Assembly: GCA_965242965.1 (NCBI GenBank)
Contig: OZ251518.1
Coordinates: 2,816,001 to 2,880,000 of the forward strand
Source: Candidatus Poribacteria bacterium
GTDB taxonomy: Bacteria > Poribacteria > WGA-4E > WGA-3G
DNA length: 64,000 nucleotides
Reading direction: 5' to 3'
Positions 9,847-20,496 of this stretch are shown here, in pieces. Both the position numbers and the translations under genes were made by a program. Positions within the stretch are counted from its first letter, which is position 1; the number at the start of each line of letters is the position of its first letter. Under the pieces are notes generated by a model. That model was not told the DNA's origin. It did no database searches and saw only the letters and a program-made list of their open reading frames with translations.

Positions 9847-11808
9847 CTATCCATTCACAATGTTGCACGCGGGAAGGGAGGCTAAAAACTGCTTGCCGTA
9901 ACTTCCCGTTTTAAGCCTCGGGTCAAGGATAACAACAATCCCTTTGTCCGTTTGTGTCCGGATGAGTCTACCAAATCCCTGTTTGAGCCGCAGGATTGCT
10001 TCTGGCAGGCTGAATTCAAAAAACTCGTTCCCGCCGCGCTCTTTAATCTGTTTGACGCGCGCCTCCATCACCGGATGCGTCGGCACTTCAAACGGCAGTC
10101 GCGTGATAATGACGTTACTCAACGCCGCGCCGCGCACATCAACCCCCTCCCAAAAAGTGGAAGTCCCGAACAGCACCGAATTCGTATTTTCGCGGAACGC
10201 TTGTAGCATCGCCGTGCGCGAGAGTTCGCCGCCCTGTTTAAAAGCGTCAATACCGAGGCGTTCTAAGTAAGGCGCGACCTCGGCGTAACTCTCGTCCATC
10301 ATCTTGTAACTGGTAAAGAGGACGAACGCTTTCCCTTCTGTCAACTTGAGGTAGCGTTTCATCTCCCGAATCGCCGCCGGTGTAAACTCCGGGCTGTTGG
10401 GATGCGGCATGGCACGCGGCAGATGAATCTGCACCTGTTGCTTAAAGTCAAACGGCGAATCGACAAGGAGTTCCCGAGAGCCGCTTATCCCCACCCGTTT
10501 TTTGAAATAGTCAAAATTTCGGTTGGTGGCAAGTGTCGCGCTTGTCATCACAACGCTACTTTTCGCCGTGAACAGGTTCTCCTGAAGCATTTTATTGACA
10601 TTCGCCGGCGTGGCATTGAGGAGAATGCGGGAAAATCTGCCTCGGTGCGTGAGCTCTGCCCAATAGACATAGTCCCCATCGGTTTGTCGGATGATGGTGT
10701 CCAATTCGTCACGGAGGCGTTCGCATTGCCGGTGATGCGCCGTAATTTCTTGCTTATCGTCGTCGTTTTGTGCATCGCCGTGGAGCCGATTCAGCGTTCG
10801 TTCGATTTCGGCAAGCGGGGCATCCAACACGTTAGTAATAAAATTGCTTTTCTCAATCCGCTTCGTGAGCGTATCGCCGCGCGCCTCACCGATTGCTGCG
10901 ATGATGTCGCCGAAAAGGATGTTCGCCTGCTTCCGCGCCTCAACAACCTGCACGCCCAATTCCATTGAATTTAACTGCTTTGCGAGTCCCCCTTCGCTGC
11001 GTTCGTTATAGAGCGAATCCAAGAGCCATTTGACTTGAGTGTTGCTGAATTCAAGACTCGCGTGTTTGGTGGCAGTTGCCTCCAGATGGTGCGCTTCGTC
11101 AATGATGAGGTAGTCGTAGTCAGGCAAAATCCCTGCGCCATCGTTGTTCTTGCGAATGGCAAGATCGCTGAAAAGCAGGTGGTGGTTGACTATCAGCAGG
11201 TCAGCCTCGCGCATCTCTCTACGCGCGTTGAAATAGAAGCAGGCATTGTAGGTGGGACACTGCCGGCCGAGGCAATTATCCCGGTCGGACGCGACTTTGT
11301 TCCAGACTTGGGGGAAGGGTTGCCACGGCAAATCGGCGCGGCTGCCATCGTGGGTGTGCTCCGCCCATTCCTCAATTTCGGCTACTTGTTCTACTTCTTC
11401 CATTGTATCAAACAGCCCGCGTTGCGCCATGAGTAGCGTGCTGAGCCGTCTTCGGGAGAGATAGTTGCTGCGTCCCTTTGCAAGGACGGCATTGAAATCG
11501 CGCGGGAGGATGCGCTGCAGGAACGGGATATCCTTCGTTATGAGTTGTTCCTGCAGGCTGATGGTATTCGTTGAAATCACCACAGTCTCCTCTGCTTTGA
11601 GAGCGAGGGAGACAGCCGGGATGAGATACGCGAAACTTTTGCCTACGCCGGTGCCGGCTTCAACGATGAGATGTTCAGATGCCGTGAAAGCGCGGGAGAT
11701 CTCGTGCGCCATTTGCAACTGCTCTTCGCGAAATTCATACCCGTCCAGGTGCTGCGCGATAAGCCCGCCGGGGCTAAAAATGTCTCTCAAGGTAATCGGT
11801 TTCTTCAT
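9847..11808 (-). CDS. dinG: DinG/YoaA family Fe-S ATP-dependent DNA helicase
   Basis: EAGTGVGKS, KGRSNY, Cys cluster, NHHLL, IDEAH, TSATL, FWEGVD, QGFGRLIR. Confidence 0.92.
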   Translation of the reverse strand: MKKPITLRDIFSPGGLIAQHLDGYEFREEQLQMAHEISRAFTASEHLIVEAGTGVGKSFAYLIPAVSLALKAEETVVISTNTISLQEQLITKDIPFLQRILPRDFNAVLAKGRSNYLSRRRLSTLLMAQRGLFDTMEEVEQVAEIEEWAEHTHDGSRADLPWQPFPQVWNKVASDRDNCLGRQCPTYNACFYFNARREMREADLLIVNHHLLFSDLAIRKNNDGAGILPDYDYLIIDEAHHLEATATKHASLEFSNTQVKWLLDSLYNERSEGGLAKQLNSMELGVQVVEARKQANILFGDIIAAIGEARGDTLTKRIEKSNFITNVLDAPLAEIERTLNRLHGDAQNDDDKQEITAHHRQCERLRDELDTIIRQTDGDYVYWAELTHRGRFSRILLNATPANVNKMLQENLFTAKSSVVMTSATLATNRNFDYFKKRVGISGSRELLVDSPFDFKQQVQIHLPRAMPHPNSPEFTPAAIREMKRYLKLTEGKAFVLFTSYKMMDESYAEVAPYLERLGIDAFKQGGELSRTAMLQAFRENTNSVLFGTSTFWEGVDVRGAALSNVIITRLPFEVPTHPVMEARVKQIKERGGNEFFEFSLPEAILRLKQGFGRLIRTQTDKGIVVILDPRLKTGSYGKQFLASLPACNIVNG

Positions 11809-11817
11809 ATTTCTCGT

Positions 11818-13155
11818 TCATCTGAGCGGGACAGTGATTGTTTCTGCGCCGTGACTACTCTTGATTTGGAGGACGAGTGATGACTGATTCTGTCTCTCCA
11901 AAAGAAACGCGTCAAAGGCGCGCGCGTCGGAAATCTGCTTGCCGTTGAGCGTCAGAATCAGCGTGCCTTTCGGAATTCTGGCTTTGAATCCCGGGCCATT
12001 CAACTTCACATCGGTAACGATAACCCCGTTATCCTGTTCAGTGAGGTAGGTGTATCTCTCGAAATCCCTTTTTTCCAATTTTCTCACCGTGAGTCCGAGC
12101 ATATTCCATGCGACAGAGTTATTCTCAACGGTTCTCCCGGCGAATTGGGGTGGCATTTCCGCGATGGTAACAGTGAGCCGCCGTTCCACGCCGTTGCGCA
12201 GGAGCGTAATTTTCGATGCCTCTCCGACTTGTGAATCGGCTATCAACATTTTAAATTCGCTGAGCTCTTGAACCTTCTTTCCGTTGTATTTGATGATAAT
12301 GTCGCCGCGCCGCAAACCGCCGCGGGCAGCTGGGGTATTCCGTCTAACGCTACGCACGTAAATTCCCTCCTCCACTTTTAGCATGCCGATGCCGAGGAAG
12401 CCGCGGATGATCCTGCCGTTGGCAACTAACTGATTCCCAATTTTCCGGACGAGGTTGCTCGGAATGGCGAAGCCTGCACCGGCTCTGAGTGAGTTGGGGA
12501 CAGCCGAGTCCGCCGCTCTCCGAATGAGCGAGTTAATGCCGATGACCTCACCGTGGATATTCAATAGCGGGCCGCCGCTGTTGCCGGTGTTAATCCATGC
12601 GTCTGTCTGGATGAAATCTTCGTAGCGGATGATTGCGGTGTCATCGTCGAGAATTGTGCGTCCTTTGCCGCTGACGATGCCGGTAGTCACCGTGTAGTCC
12701 AATTGAAACGGGTTGCCGATGGCGATGGCGAATTGTCCCACGCGCACCTTATCGGAATCGGCGAGCGGGAGCACCGGGAGCTCTTCTTTCGCGTCAATTT
12801 TCAGCACAGCGAGATCGGTGTTGAGGTCCGTCCCGACAACTTTAGCATCGAATTCGTTTCCATCTCGTCGCTGAATTGTGATGCGTCGTGAGTCCATCAA
12901 TACATGCGCGTTGGTGAGAATATAGCCATCTTTGCGAAAGATGAACCCTGAACCTTCTGACCTTTGTCCGAGCCCCAAGTGCGCACTCACGCCGACAATA
13001 GCGGGAGTGCTCCGCGCGGCGACGCTGACGAAGGCGTTTTCAATGGAGGATAACAGTTCCACATCTGTGGGTTGGGCACGCCCACACGAAGCGAGCATCG
13101 CGCTTGTGACGACGAGGTGGATGCATAAGAGATAGATAACGTAGACATTTTTCAT
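11818..13155 (-). CDS. htrA: HtrA/DegP serine protease with two PDZ domains (lipoprotein-like)
   Basis: TNAHV, DLAVLK, QTDAWINTGNSGGPL; start moved to MKNVYV after a GGGAGG RBS. Confidence 0.9.
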   Translation of the reverse strand: MKNVYVIYLLCIHLVVTSAMLASCGRAQPTDVELLSSIENAFVSVAARSTPAIVGVSAHLGLGQRSEGSGFIFRKDGYILTNAHVLMDSRRITIQRRDGNEFDAKVVGTDLNTDLAVLKIDAKEELPVLPLADSDKVRVGQFAIAIGNPFQLDYTVTTGIVSGKGRTILDDDTAIIRYEDFIQTDAWINTGNSGGPLLNIHGEVIGINSLIRRAADSAVPNSLRAGAGFAIPSNLVRKIGNQLVANGRIIRGFLGIGMLKVEEGIYVRSVRRNTPAARGGLRRGDIIIKYNGKKVQELSEFKMLIADSQVGEASKITLLRNGVERRLTVTIAEMPPQFAGRTVENNSVAWNMLGLTVRKLEKRDFERYTYLTEQDNGVIVTDVKLNGPGFKARIPKGTLILTLNGKQISDARAFDAFLLERQNQSSLVLQIKSSHGAETITVPLR

Positions 13156-13235
13156 TTTCGGAATGTCCCTCCCGAGCGGTAGAAAGGTATGCAAGCCTGT
13201 CTATCGCTTGCACACAAGTTTTTCTTTCGTAAGAA

Positions 13236-13501
13236 GGCGAGGGACAGGCCCTCGCCCTACGTTCTTTTACAAGGTCTAGGCACGGCGAGGGACAGGCCCT
13301 CGCCCTACGGGAACCCGCGGCGTTTTTTCCACCGTAGCGCGGGGGCCTGTCCCCCGCGATCGTTGGGGCCCTCTGTAGTTCAAGATCGCCTGATCTTGAC
13401 CCGTTCGGGAGCAGGCGCTCCCGAACTACGGTCTCGCTTCATCGTAGCGCGGGGGCCTGTCCCCCGCGCTTGTTACATACCGAAACGGCGTTATGAAACA
13501 C
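13236..13501. repeat. REP cluster (A, A, B, D doublet, B) ending in a partial TIR
   Basis: Two copies of ggcgagggacaggccctcgccctac, further modules, then TTATGAAACAC abutting a stop codon. Confidence 0.8.
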
Positions 13502-15271
13502 TTAATCCACCGCTTCGTCCGGGTCATCGGCGGAAAGATCATCGCCGCGGTGGAGGCGGAGTGCCAAATTCGCTGTTTGACGACGTGCCCGCGCTGTCGG
13601 TGCATGCGCCGCCAAATAGCGCGCCGCCGCAACCAACGCAATTCGCGCGCGTGCTTCATCCAACTCATCTGCCTGCTGGAAAGCCGCCTCCAACATCTGG
13701 AACGAGTGGAATTCCGCATCCTCCCGCAACAGAATATGTCCGAGCCGCGCCAACAATGCCTCACGGGGATGCCCAAGCAACAGATAGCGATAGATATACA
13801 TCCCACCCCGGTCTGCCTGCGCCTGCGTATCCAACAACTCAACGAACCCATCAAGCAGTTCATCGGCATCCGTTGGTAACGTATCGGTTTCTCGACGGTT
13901 TTGCGGGAGTCTTGCGGCAGGCATGTTGAACCACCTGTCAAAGTAGATAGCCATTGCGCCGTGGAAAATCCCGCGCGCAATCTCCACTGACGGTGCACGC
14001 TTGGCACATTGATGCAACGCGTTCGCATAAGTGTAGGTATGCAACACCGCAATCCAGTCGCCGAATTCGTTTTTGGTATGGAATCGTGCGATGCGGAGCG
14101 CGGCGGCAGATGCGAGCGTTTGCGTCAACTCGGTTAACGTCGCACCTTCCTGAAACGCGGATTTCAGTGCATCAATCGTTCCCAGCGGATCTTCGCCGAG
14201 CAACGTTTCGGTGAGTGCCTCGCTTCCGTGCCACTGCTTCCCCTTACCGCTCTCAATAACCGCTTCAAGTTCGTCAAAAATGCCGCGTAGCACGGGGACG
14301 AAATCGATCGGACTGCGCCACCGGTTCTGTTCTTCTGCACGGGAAGAACTCGCCAGCATGCCGACGAGCGTTGGGATAACCTCATCCGCCTTCTCCCACC
14401 CGATGCGTTCAAGCAGTTCAAACGCTTTATTGATAAAATCAAGCGTATGTCCGCCATCGCGATAGAAATGGTCTGTGGCGGCGGCTACCATCATATCACA
14501 AATCTGCGCCGGTGTTGCGCCTTGGGAAATCGCCGTCAAAATCGTGCGTTCCGCGCCATCGGCGTTCCGCACCTCAATGAAATAACGGAACCACGTCTTC
14601 AGTTGTTCCAGAGAGTGCGTATCTGTCTCAAGCCGCGTCAACGGAATGCGGGGTGCCGATGAAGAGGTTTCACTTGAAACGTGGAGCAACCCTTGATAGA
14701 GTGCGAGCACCTTATCGGCATCTGTCAGTTTTTCGGCGACGTTCGCCATGCAGGTGAGAATCGTCATGGCGGGGCCCCAGCCGGCGCGTCTGCCGCGTGC
14801 GCCGTAAAGCGCGCCGACTTCAACGATGGCATCGGGTGCAGTCTTCAACGAACGGAGCGCGATAACCGATTTCGCGAGGATGAGGTTGATACTCTGCTCC
14901 AACCCTTCACGCAGCCGAATCTTCCATCGTGCCACTGCATCGGCACCGTTCGCGCCGACGTTGACGTAGACGCTCCCCTCCCGAACATCGATGGGGTAAG
15001 CTTGCACGTCATCGGCGAACGGGTGGAAGGTGCAGCCACTCGCCAGATCGAACATGGCGTGATGCCAATGGCAGATGAGGATGCCATCCTGCACACTCCC
15101 GCGATTGAGCGGATACCCCATGTGCGGGCAGCGGTTGTCAACTGCGAAAATCTTGCCGTTGCTTTTTGCCAAGGCGATGGAGTGTCCCGCCACGTTCACG
15201 GCGATGACATCCTCTTCGGGAATATCGGCAACCTCGGCACACTTGATGAATTCTGAAATGCGTTCAGCCAT
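13502..15271 (-). CDS. Rieske [2Fe-2S] domain protein with long helical C-terminal region
   Basis: NRCPHMG...ICHWHHAMFDL Rieske motifs; GGAG RBS; TTGACA-N18-TAAAAT at 15311-15340. Confidence 0.85.
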   Translation of the reverse strand: MAERISEFIKCAEVADIPEEDVIAVNVAGHSIALAKSNGKIFAVDNRCPHMGYPLNRGSVQDGILICHWHHAMFDLASGCTFHPFADDVQAYPIDVREGSVYVNVGANGADAVARWKIRLREGLEQSINLILAKSVIALRSLKTAPDAIVEVGALYGARGRRAGWGPAMTILTCMANVAEKLTDADKVLALYQGLLHVSSETSSSAPRIPLTRLETDTHSLEQLKTWFRYFIEVRNADGAERTILTAISQGATPAQICDMMVAAATDHFYRDGGHTLDFINKAFELLERIGWEKADEVIPTLVGMLASSSRAEEQNRWRSPIDFVPVLRGIFDELEAVIESGKGKQWHGSEALTETLLGEDPLGTIDALKSAFQEGATLTELTQTLASAAALRIARFHTKNEFGDWIAVLHTYTYANALHQCAKRAPSVEIARGIFHGAMAIYFDRWFNMPAARLPQNRRETDTLPTDADELLDGFVELLDTQAQADRGGMYIYRYLLLGHPREALLARLGHILLREDAEFHSFQMLEAAFQQADELDEARARIALVAAARYLAAHAPTARARRQTANLALRLHRGDDLSADDPDEAVD

Positions 15272-15595
15272 TTTTTATTCTCCTTTGTGCTCATTTTTTG
15301 TATTATGGATATTTTAACGTAGGTTGCGTTAACATGTCAAGGTATTTTTTTCTGCAGAGTGCTTCGGTTTTCGATTTTGATCTTAAACGAAGGAGGTAGA
15401 TACCACTATTGTTGTTTATTTCTTGATTTTAATGCAGTGGATGTGTTATTATCAATGTAGCGAAAGCAGCGACGCGCGAGGATATATCTCATCGCCTGCC
15501 GATTGCAACCACTTCGGCGTAAACAGCACACCGCTTGAGACGGGAGTGCGGCGCGCTGTTTCTAATAATCCTGAAACGAACAAGGGGAAGAAAAG

Positions 15596-16408
15596 ATGCG
15601 TTTTTTCAAGAAAGCCTGGCCCTTTATTATTACGGGACTCGTTGTCATCGGCATCTTTGCTTTCACGTACTGGCATTCAAATAAGCCTGTTGCCCCGATT
15701 AAAATCTATAAGGCGACAGTAGCAGAACCAGTACGGACAGGGAAAAGTAAAGCGAAACCCACGACTCATCAAGGGGCACAAGGCGTTGAAACGAACGAGA
15801 GCCAATCTTCTGTAACGAGCGAGAGCCCTATGGTGTCAGATATGCATCAAACCACCGATGAATCTCTAGACACCACCGATGAGTCTCTTGCGACAGAAGA
15901 GGTTGTGAGCGGCAGAGATGAGCACGGGGATGTTGATTCGGACACCCGTGATCCGGAAAAGCCCAGTGCAAATCCGCAACTTTCCGCTGAAGAATTATGG
16001 AGACAAATGCTCTTACAGCGAAAGGCGGAAATCCACGAACAAATGCAGGCAATAATGCCTGAAGGCGGAACCGTCCACAGTTCCGAAAATCCGGAAGCTA
16101 TGCGTCAGTTATTACAGTTGTTCAAAGAACTCAGTGCTGTTGAACAAGAACTCAGTAATAACCCGCAGGACCCTAGTTTTGAGGATGCCCAGACCCTGTA
16201 TAAGATGGCAATGTTTCACGTTGAGCATGTCGCCCCGGACCTCACGCCGGAGGGTAACATGCCTATTTCTACTGCCGAGAAATTGATTCAAAGGTGGGAA
16301 CAAGACGGTAATTTTGACGCAGCAAACCGTATCCGTCAAGTGATCCAGCATGCGGTAGAAAACGGAGACGAGCTCATTGAACGCAAGCATGTAGAGCGAC
16401 TTCGATAA
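15596..16408 (+). CDS. Hypothetical membrane-anchored protein (TM helix, acidic linker, helical domain)
   Basis: N-terminal hydrophobic helix; short internal repeat TTDESL x2. Confidence 0.7.
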   Translation: MRFFKKAWPFIITGLVVIGIFAFTYWHSNKPVAPIKIYKATVAEPVRTGKSKAKPTTHQGAQGVETNESQSSVTSESPMVSDMHQTTDESLDTTDESLATEEVVSGRDEHGDVDSDTRDPEKPSANPQLSAEELWRQMLLQRKAEIHEQMQAIMPEGGTVHSSENPEAMRQLLQLFKELSAVEQELSNNPQDPSFEDAQTLYKMAMFHVEHVAPDLTPEGNMPISTAEKLIQRWEQDGNFDAANRIRQVIQHAVENGDELIERKHVERLR

Positions 16409-16463
16409 AAACGAGTATTTGAACCCACTGACAAACTGGGAAGTTTCGTTAAGGAGAATTCGG

Positions 16464-17150
16464 ATGAAAACAGTCATTGTCACTTTCGGCGTTTTAATCG
16501 TTTTGGCCACGGTCTGGACGCTGTTCCTTGAGCATGAGAAAAGACGCTTTGTGGAGAGCCTCCCGAAACCGCCACCCACCGTTACGCAACCTGTTAATAC
16601 CGCAGACATGTCCACAGCGTCTGAAACAGGCGAATCCGCTGACGCAGCAGGCTCCCTGCCGGATGCATCGGCGGTTGTTGAGGCGGCACCGGCGGAAGTA
16701 GAGCACGCGCCACTGCATCCGCATCCGCATGCAGACAGTCTAGTCCTGTCGGAAGAAGCAGAAGTCGCTTTTGAAGAACTTCCGGCTGCAGATGAGACAC
16801 CATCTGACTCTGACACCAAAGATTCCTTCCCGGAACCCGCAGCGGCTAGCCAACTTCACTTCTCAAAAATGTCTCCAAACCAACAAGCCGATTTTCTCCG
16901 TGATTCATGGATAGAAATGTTTGGTGACATTCCAGAAGTCCATACCGCTGCTGAATACATGCGAAAAGTCCTACTCAAGGAACGGATGACGGTTGATGAA
17001 GTGATAGCGGGCTTAGAAGCCTCACACCATCTTTTCCCAGGAAGCGGCTTCAATATGCGGCTTAAGCATTATAGAAGCATGAAAGAAATGGGGATTCCTC
17101 TTTTCCATCCAGAAGATTTGGAAAATCCATCAGGAGTTAATGAAAGATGA
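16464..17150 (+). CDS. Hypothetical membrane-anchored protein, distant paralog of 48292-49044 and 50889-51629
   Basis: AAGGAG RBS; TM helix then EKRRFVESLPKPP; FGDIPEV...TVDEVIA motif; the stop codon is the TGA of a TIR. Confidence 0.7.
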   Translation: MKTVIVTFGVLIVLATVWTLFLEHEKRRFVESLPKPPPTVTQPVNTADMSTASETGESADAAGSLPDASAVVEAAPAEVEHAPLHPHPHADSLVLSEEAEVAFEELPAADETPSDSDTKDSFPEPAAASQLHFSKMSPNQQADFLRDSWIEMFGDIPEVHTAAEYMRKVLLKERMTVDEVIAGLEASHHLFPGSGFNMRLKHYRSMKEMGIPLFHPEDLENPSGVNER

Positions 17151-17605
17151 GGGTATTCATAACATTTATCCCCCTTGGCGGGGCGGGCGAATACCAAAAG
17201 GCATCGGGCCCACCTCTGTAGTTCGGGAGCACCCGATCCCGAACGGATCAGGAGCAGGCGAGCACAAACTACAGAGGGGAAACACACATCATGACGATGG
17301 AGATCGCGGGGGACAGGCCCCCGCGCTGCGAAAAAAACGCCATCCCCGCAACGTAGGGCGAGGGCCTGTCCCTCGCCATGCGTTTGGCTGCCAGAGCTCA
17401 TCACCTCTGTAGGTCAGGATCGTCTGATCCTGACCCGTTTGTGATCAGGCGATCACAAACTACAGAAGGGAAACACACATCATGACGATGGAGATCGCGG
17501 GGGACAGGCCCCCGCGCTACGATAAAAACGCCACCCCCCTCACCGTAGCGCGAGGGCCCTCGGATGCCACACGCGCATCCGAGCGGGTTCCCCGCGCCAT
17601 CGCTC
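17148..17605. mobile_element. Composite REP cassette, left TIR only, internally duplicated
   Basis: TGAGGGTATTCATAA followed by two D-doublet/B/A blocks. Confidence 0.7.
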
Positions 17606-17684
17606 GCGTAAATTGAATCGTTCCTCTCTTGACATCTCCTCCTCAAAATGCTAAAATAATTGTCAAACAGAGGAGGAAGACAAC

Positions 17685-19403
17685 ATGAAATTGGCACACG
17701 CACTACTGATTTTTATTTTCGCAATTGGAAACTATGCTGCCGCTGAAAATGGCACGCCGCCGTGGAGAGCGGTGGGAAGATACACGCATCCGCCTATCCG
17801 AGAGAGCTCCGGCATCGTCAAAAGCCGGCAGTTTGATGATGTCTATTGGACGCTCAACGACTCTGGCAACCCCGCGACACTTTACGCAACAAAGCGCACA
17901 GGTGAACTCATCGGGGAAGTCGCCGTGAAAGGCGCAGGGAACATCGACTGGGAAGCACTCGGCATTGACGATAAAAACCAACTCTGGATCGGCGAGATTG
18001 GGAATAACAGTCGAATGCGCATCGATCTGAAGGTGGTTGTCGTACAAGAACCGAATCCGTTCACCGAAAACGAGGTGGAAGTCACGGCGAGTTATCCGTA
18101 TCGGTATCCGGAAGAAAACGTGGACGCGGAGGGACTGTTTATCGCCGATGGAATGCCTTACATCGTCTCAAAGGAACGCGAGCGCGCCGTGCTTTACCGG
18201 TTTCCAGAGCTGCAAGCGGACAAAAAGCAGGTTTTGGAACGCGTCGGCGAATTTGCAGGGGCAAAGTGGGTGACAGGCGCGGGGTTATCCGCAGATGGAA
18301 AGCGGCTCGCTGTTTGCACTTATGATAGGCTTTGGGTATATCACAGAAACCCGGCAACCAGTTTCACGCAATTTATTCAGGACGTCCCGTGGGAGTTGCC
18401 TCACAATTTTAGCGGTGAAGCGGTCTGCTTTGAAGGTTATGACTTAGTCTTAACGAACGAAGCGCGCGACATCTACGCATTGCCGCAACTTTGGTATGAG
18501 GCCGGTTGGGAGTTGCCGCCAAATGATACGGTGCCGGTGACAGGAGGCGAAAGCCTTCAGGTAGAAAGTTATAGAGACGCAGGCATCGCCATTGATGGAC
18601 AGCATGTCGTTTTGAAGTCTGCATCGACAGATACCTTAACGTTTTCAATTGAGGCACCGCACAAAAACGTTTATGAAATCAGCACGATTTTAACCCGAGG
18701 ACCGGAATATGGCACCGTTGCATTAACAGTCAACGGCACGGTTATCGGCGAACCTTACGATTGCTATCATCGCGCGCCTCTTGCAGGCACGTTCGTGACG
18801 TTCGGCACGGCGGTGTTGAACGCTGGCACAAATCACCTCACGTTAAACAGCGTTGGAAAGGCGACAGATAAAATCGGGGTTGATTCGTATTATATCCGTC
18901 ATGCCTCTCCTTTCGTAAAGCGTTATCTCGTCCTCGGTCCGTTTCCGAAGGCAGCTGTCAACAGCATCGCCGAACCGCTTCCACCGGAAAGCGAGGTAGG
19001 CGCGCTCTCAAAAGGCACCTACCAAGGCATCGATGGCAAAACGATTCACTGGCAAGCGGCGGAAGCAGAGGCAAGCGGCGTGCTGGATCTGCTCAAGCAC
19101 CTCGGTAACGAACTGATTGCGGTAGGGTATGCGCTGTGCTACGTCTACGCGCCGAAGGACATGGATACGGTGCTACTCCTCGGCAGCGATGACCAGGTTG
19201 CGGTGTGGTTAAATGGCACGGAGATCCATCGACTTGATGTCAATCGTCCCGCTGTTCCCGATGAAGACGCTGTCCCCTGCCAATTGAAAGCGGGTTGGAA
19301 CGAGGTTTTGTGCAAAATCGGGCAAAACGGTTGGGGATGGGAGTTGTATCTGCGGTGGACGGATGCAGAAAAGGTCCTTAAGTATGGGACATCTCCCCAG
19401 TAG
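17685..19403 (+). CDS. Secreted multidomain protein (beta-propeller-like plus carbohydrate-binding/PA14-like domains)
   Basis: Signal peptide; ESSG, NDSG, DWEA, IGNN, DAEGL motifs; GSDD.VAVWLNG at the C-terminus; promoter TTGACA-N17-TAAAAT at 17629-17657; GGAGG RBS. Confidence 0.75.
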   Translation: MKLAHALLIFIFAIGNYAAAENGTPPWRAVGRYTHPPIRESSGIVKSRQFDDVYWTLNDSGNPATLYATKRTGELIGEVAVKGAGNIDWEALGIDDKNQLWIGEIGNNSRMRIDLKVVVVQEPNPFTENEVEVTASYPYRYPEENVDAEGLFIADGMPYIVSKERERAVLYRFPELQADKKQVLERVGEFAGAKWVTGAGLSADGKRLAVCTYDRLWVYHRNPATSFTQFIQDVPWELPHNFSGEAVCFEGYDLVLTNEARDIYALPQLWYEAGWELPPNDTVPVTGGESLQVESYRDAGIAIDGQHVVLKSASTDTLTFSIEAPHKNVYEISTILTRGPEYGTVALTVNGTVIGEPYDCYHRAPLAGTFVTFGTAVLNAGTNHLTLNSVGKATDKIGVDSYYIRHASPFVKRYLVLGPFPKAAVNSIAEPLPPESEVGALSKGTYQGIDGKTIHWQAAEAEASGVLDLLKHLGNELIAVGYALCYVYAPKDMDTVLLLGSDDQVAVWLNGTEIHRLDVNRPAVPDEDAVPCQLKAGWNEVLCKIGQNGWGWELYLRWTDAEKVLKYGTSPQ

Positions 19404-19684
19404 GCGAGACCTCGGGGCTCAATGCACGTTATATGCGGTAAAAAAACGCCGCTCCTTCACCGTAGGGCGAGGGCCTGTCCCTCGCCATGCTGCGATCGCG
19501 GGGGAAACCCGCTCGGATGCGCGTATGGCATCCGAGGGCCCCCGCGCTACGGGAAAAACGCCACCCCCTCACCGTAGGGCGAGGGCCTGTCCCTCGCCAT
19601 GCGTTTTGGTGTCAGACTGCATCACCCCTGTAGGGCAGGATCGCCTGATCCTGACCCGTTCGGGAGCGGGCGCTCCCGAACTAC
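19400..19684. repeat. REP cluster (C, A, branched B, A, D doublet) between convergent genes
   Basis: GTAG-anchored hairpins; both flanking TAG stop codons lie inside terminal GTAG motifs. Confidence 0.8.
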
Positions 19685-20466
19685 AGTGGTGAATCGGGCA
19701 CCGGTGCATACACATCCAACAGCCTTCTCAATTCCTCCGCCTTTCCCAAAATCTCACGGCTTTCAAAATGCTGGAGCTCAAACAGGCGCGGCAACTGCTG
19801 ATAGAGCTCCGGCAAACCTAAAATCTCCACAATCTGCTCTCGCACCCATTTGTCGTAGGCGATAGGATAGGTGCGCCGGGCAATGAAGAGTGCCTGCAAA
19901 AATTCACGGAAGGCATCGTAGAATCGGGTGAAGCACTGAAAATGGAGCCCCCGCGGCACGTAAAGCGGAATGTGCTCAAGGTTGTTGAGGCAGTAGTTGC
20001 GTGCCATGGAGAGTCGTTGTTGGCGCAGTTGTTCATCGTAATAGGGCAGCCACTTCTCTCGGAGCGCGTCAAAATAGTCGCCGTTTTGATGCAGGACAAC
20101 GCTGTAAACGAGGTAATTCCCGATGACGAGTTCAAATTCATCGGGCCCGCCTGTCCATCCACGCGGCGTTGGTGCGAAGTGTCCATCGCTGAATTCTAAA
20201 TCGACATGCGCGTATTTTCCGACAGCGGCGAGTTTTTGAAAGACAGGCGCGGTCGCGTAGAATTCTTCCCACGCCTTCTCAAGGTTCGCCGTTTCGGTTT
20301 GCCCTAGCACCAGCATATCAAGGCAGCTGTCGCGGCTCGCCTTGCCGCGGGCACAGGAACAGGTGAGGCAGATGGTGTCAACTTCGGGGAGCGGCGCGAA
20401 GAAGTCAACGATGGCTTCAGCGGCGTTTTGATGTTCAATTGTTGGGTAGTTTGGTTGCAAATTCAT
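19681..20466 (-). CDS. Nucleotidyltransferase-fold (Pol beta-like) protein
   Basis: LTCSCARGKASRDSCLDMLV resembles GSxARG..SDxD; start reset to MNLQPNY because the upstream extension is translated REP. Confidence 0.65.
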   Translation of the reverse strand: MNLQPNYPTIEHQNAAEAIVDFFAPLPEVDTICLTCSCARGKASRDSCLDMLVLGQTETANLEKAWEEFYATAPVFQKLAAVGKYAHVDLEFSDGHFAPTPRGWTGGPDEFELVIGNYLVYSVVLHQNGDYFDALREKWLPYYDEQLRQQRLSMARNYCLNNLEHIPLYVPRGLHFQCFTRFYDAFREFLQALFIARRTYPIAYDKWVREQIVEILGLPELYQQLPRLFELQHFESREILGKAEELRRLLDVYAPVPDSPL

Positions 20467-20496
20467 ATTCCCGACATGTAGCGCGGATGCCCGACG

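Noticed and set aside
13189-13929. ORFs and N-terminal extensions containing HRRARACPSP, VGRGPVPR, ETRRSLL or GEGQALAL (also 4048, 8311, 17140, 19363, 20439, 28723, 40627, 56534, 59315)
   Set aside because: They are translations of GC-rich REP modules, not genes; starts of the real genes were moved downstream.
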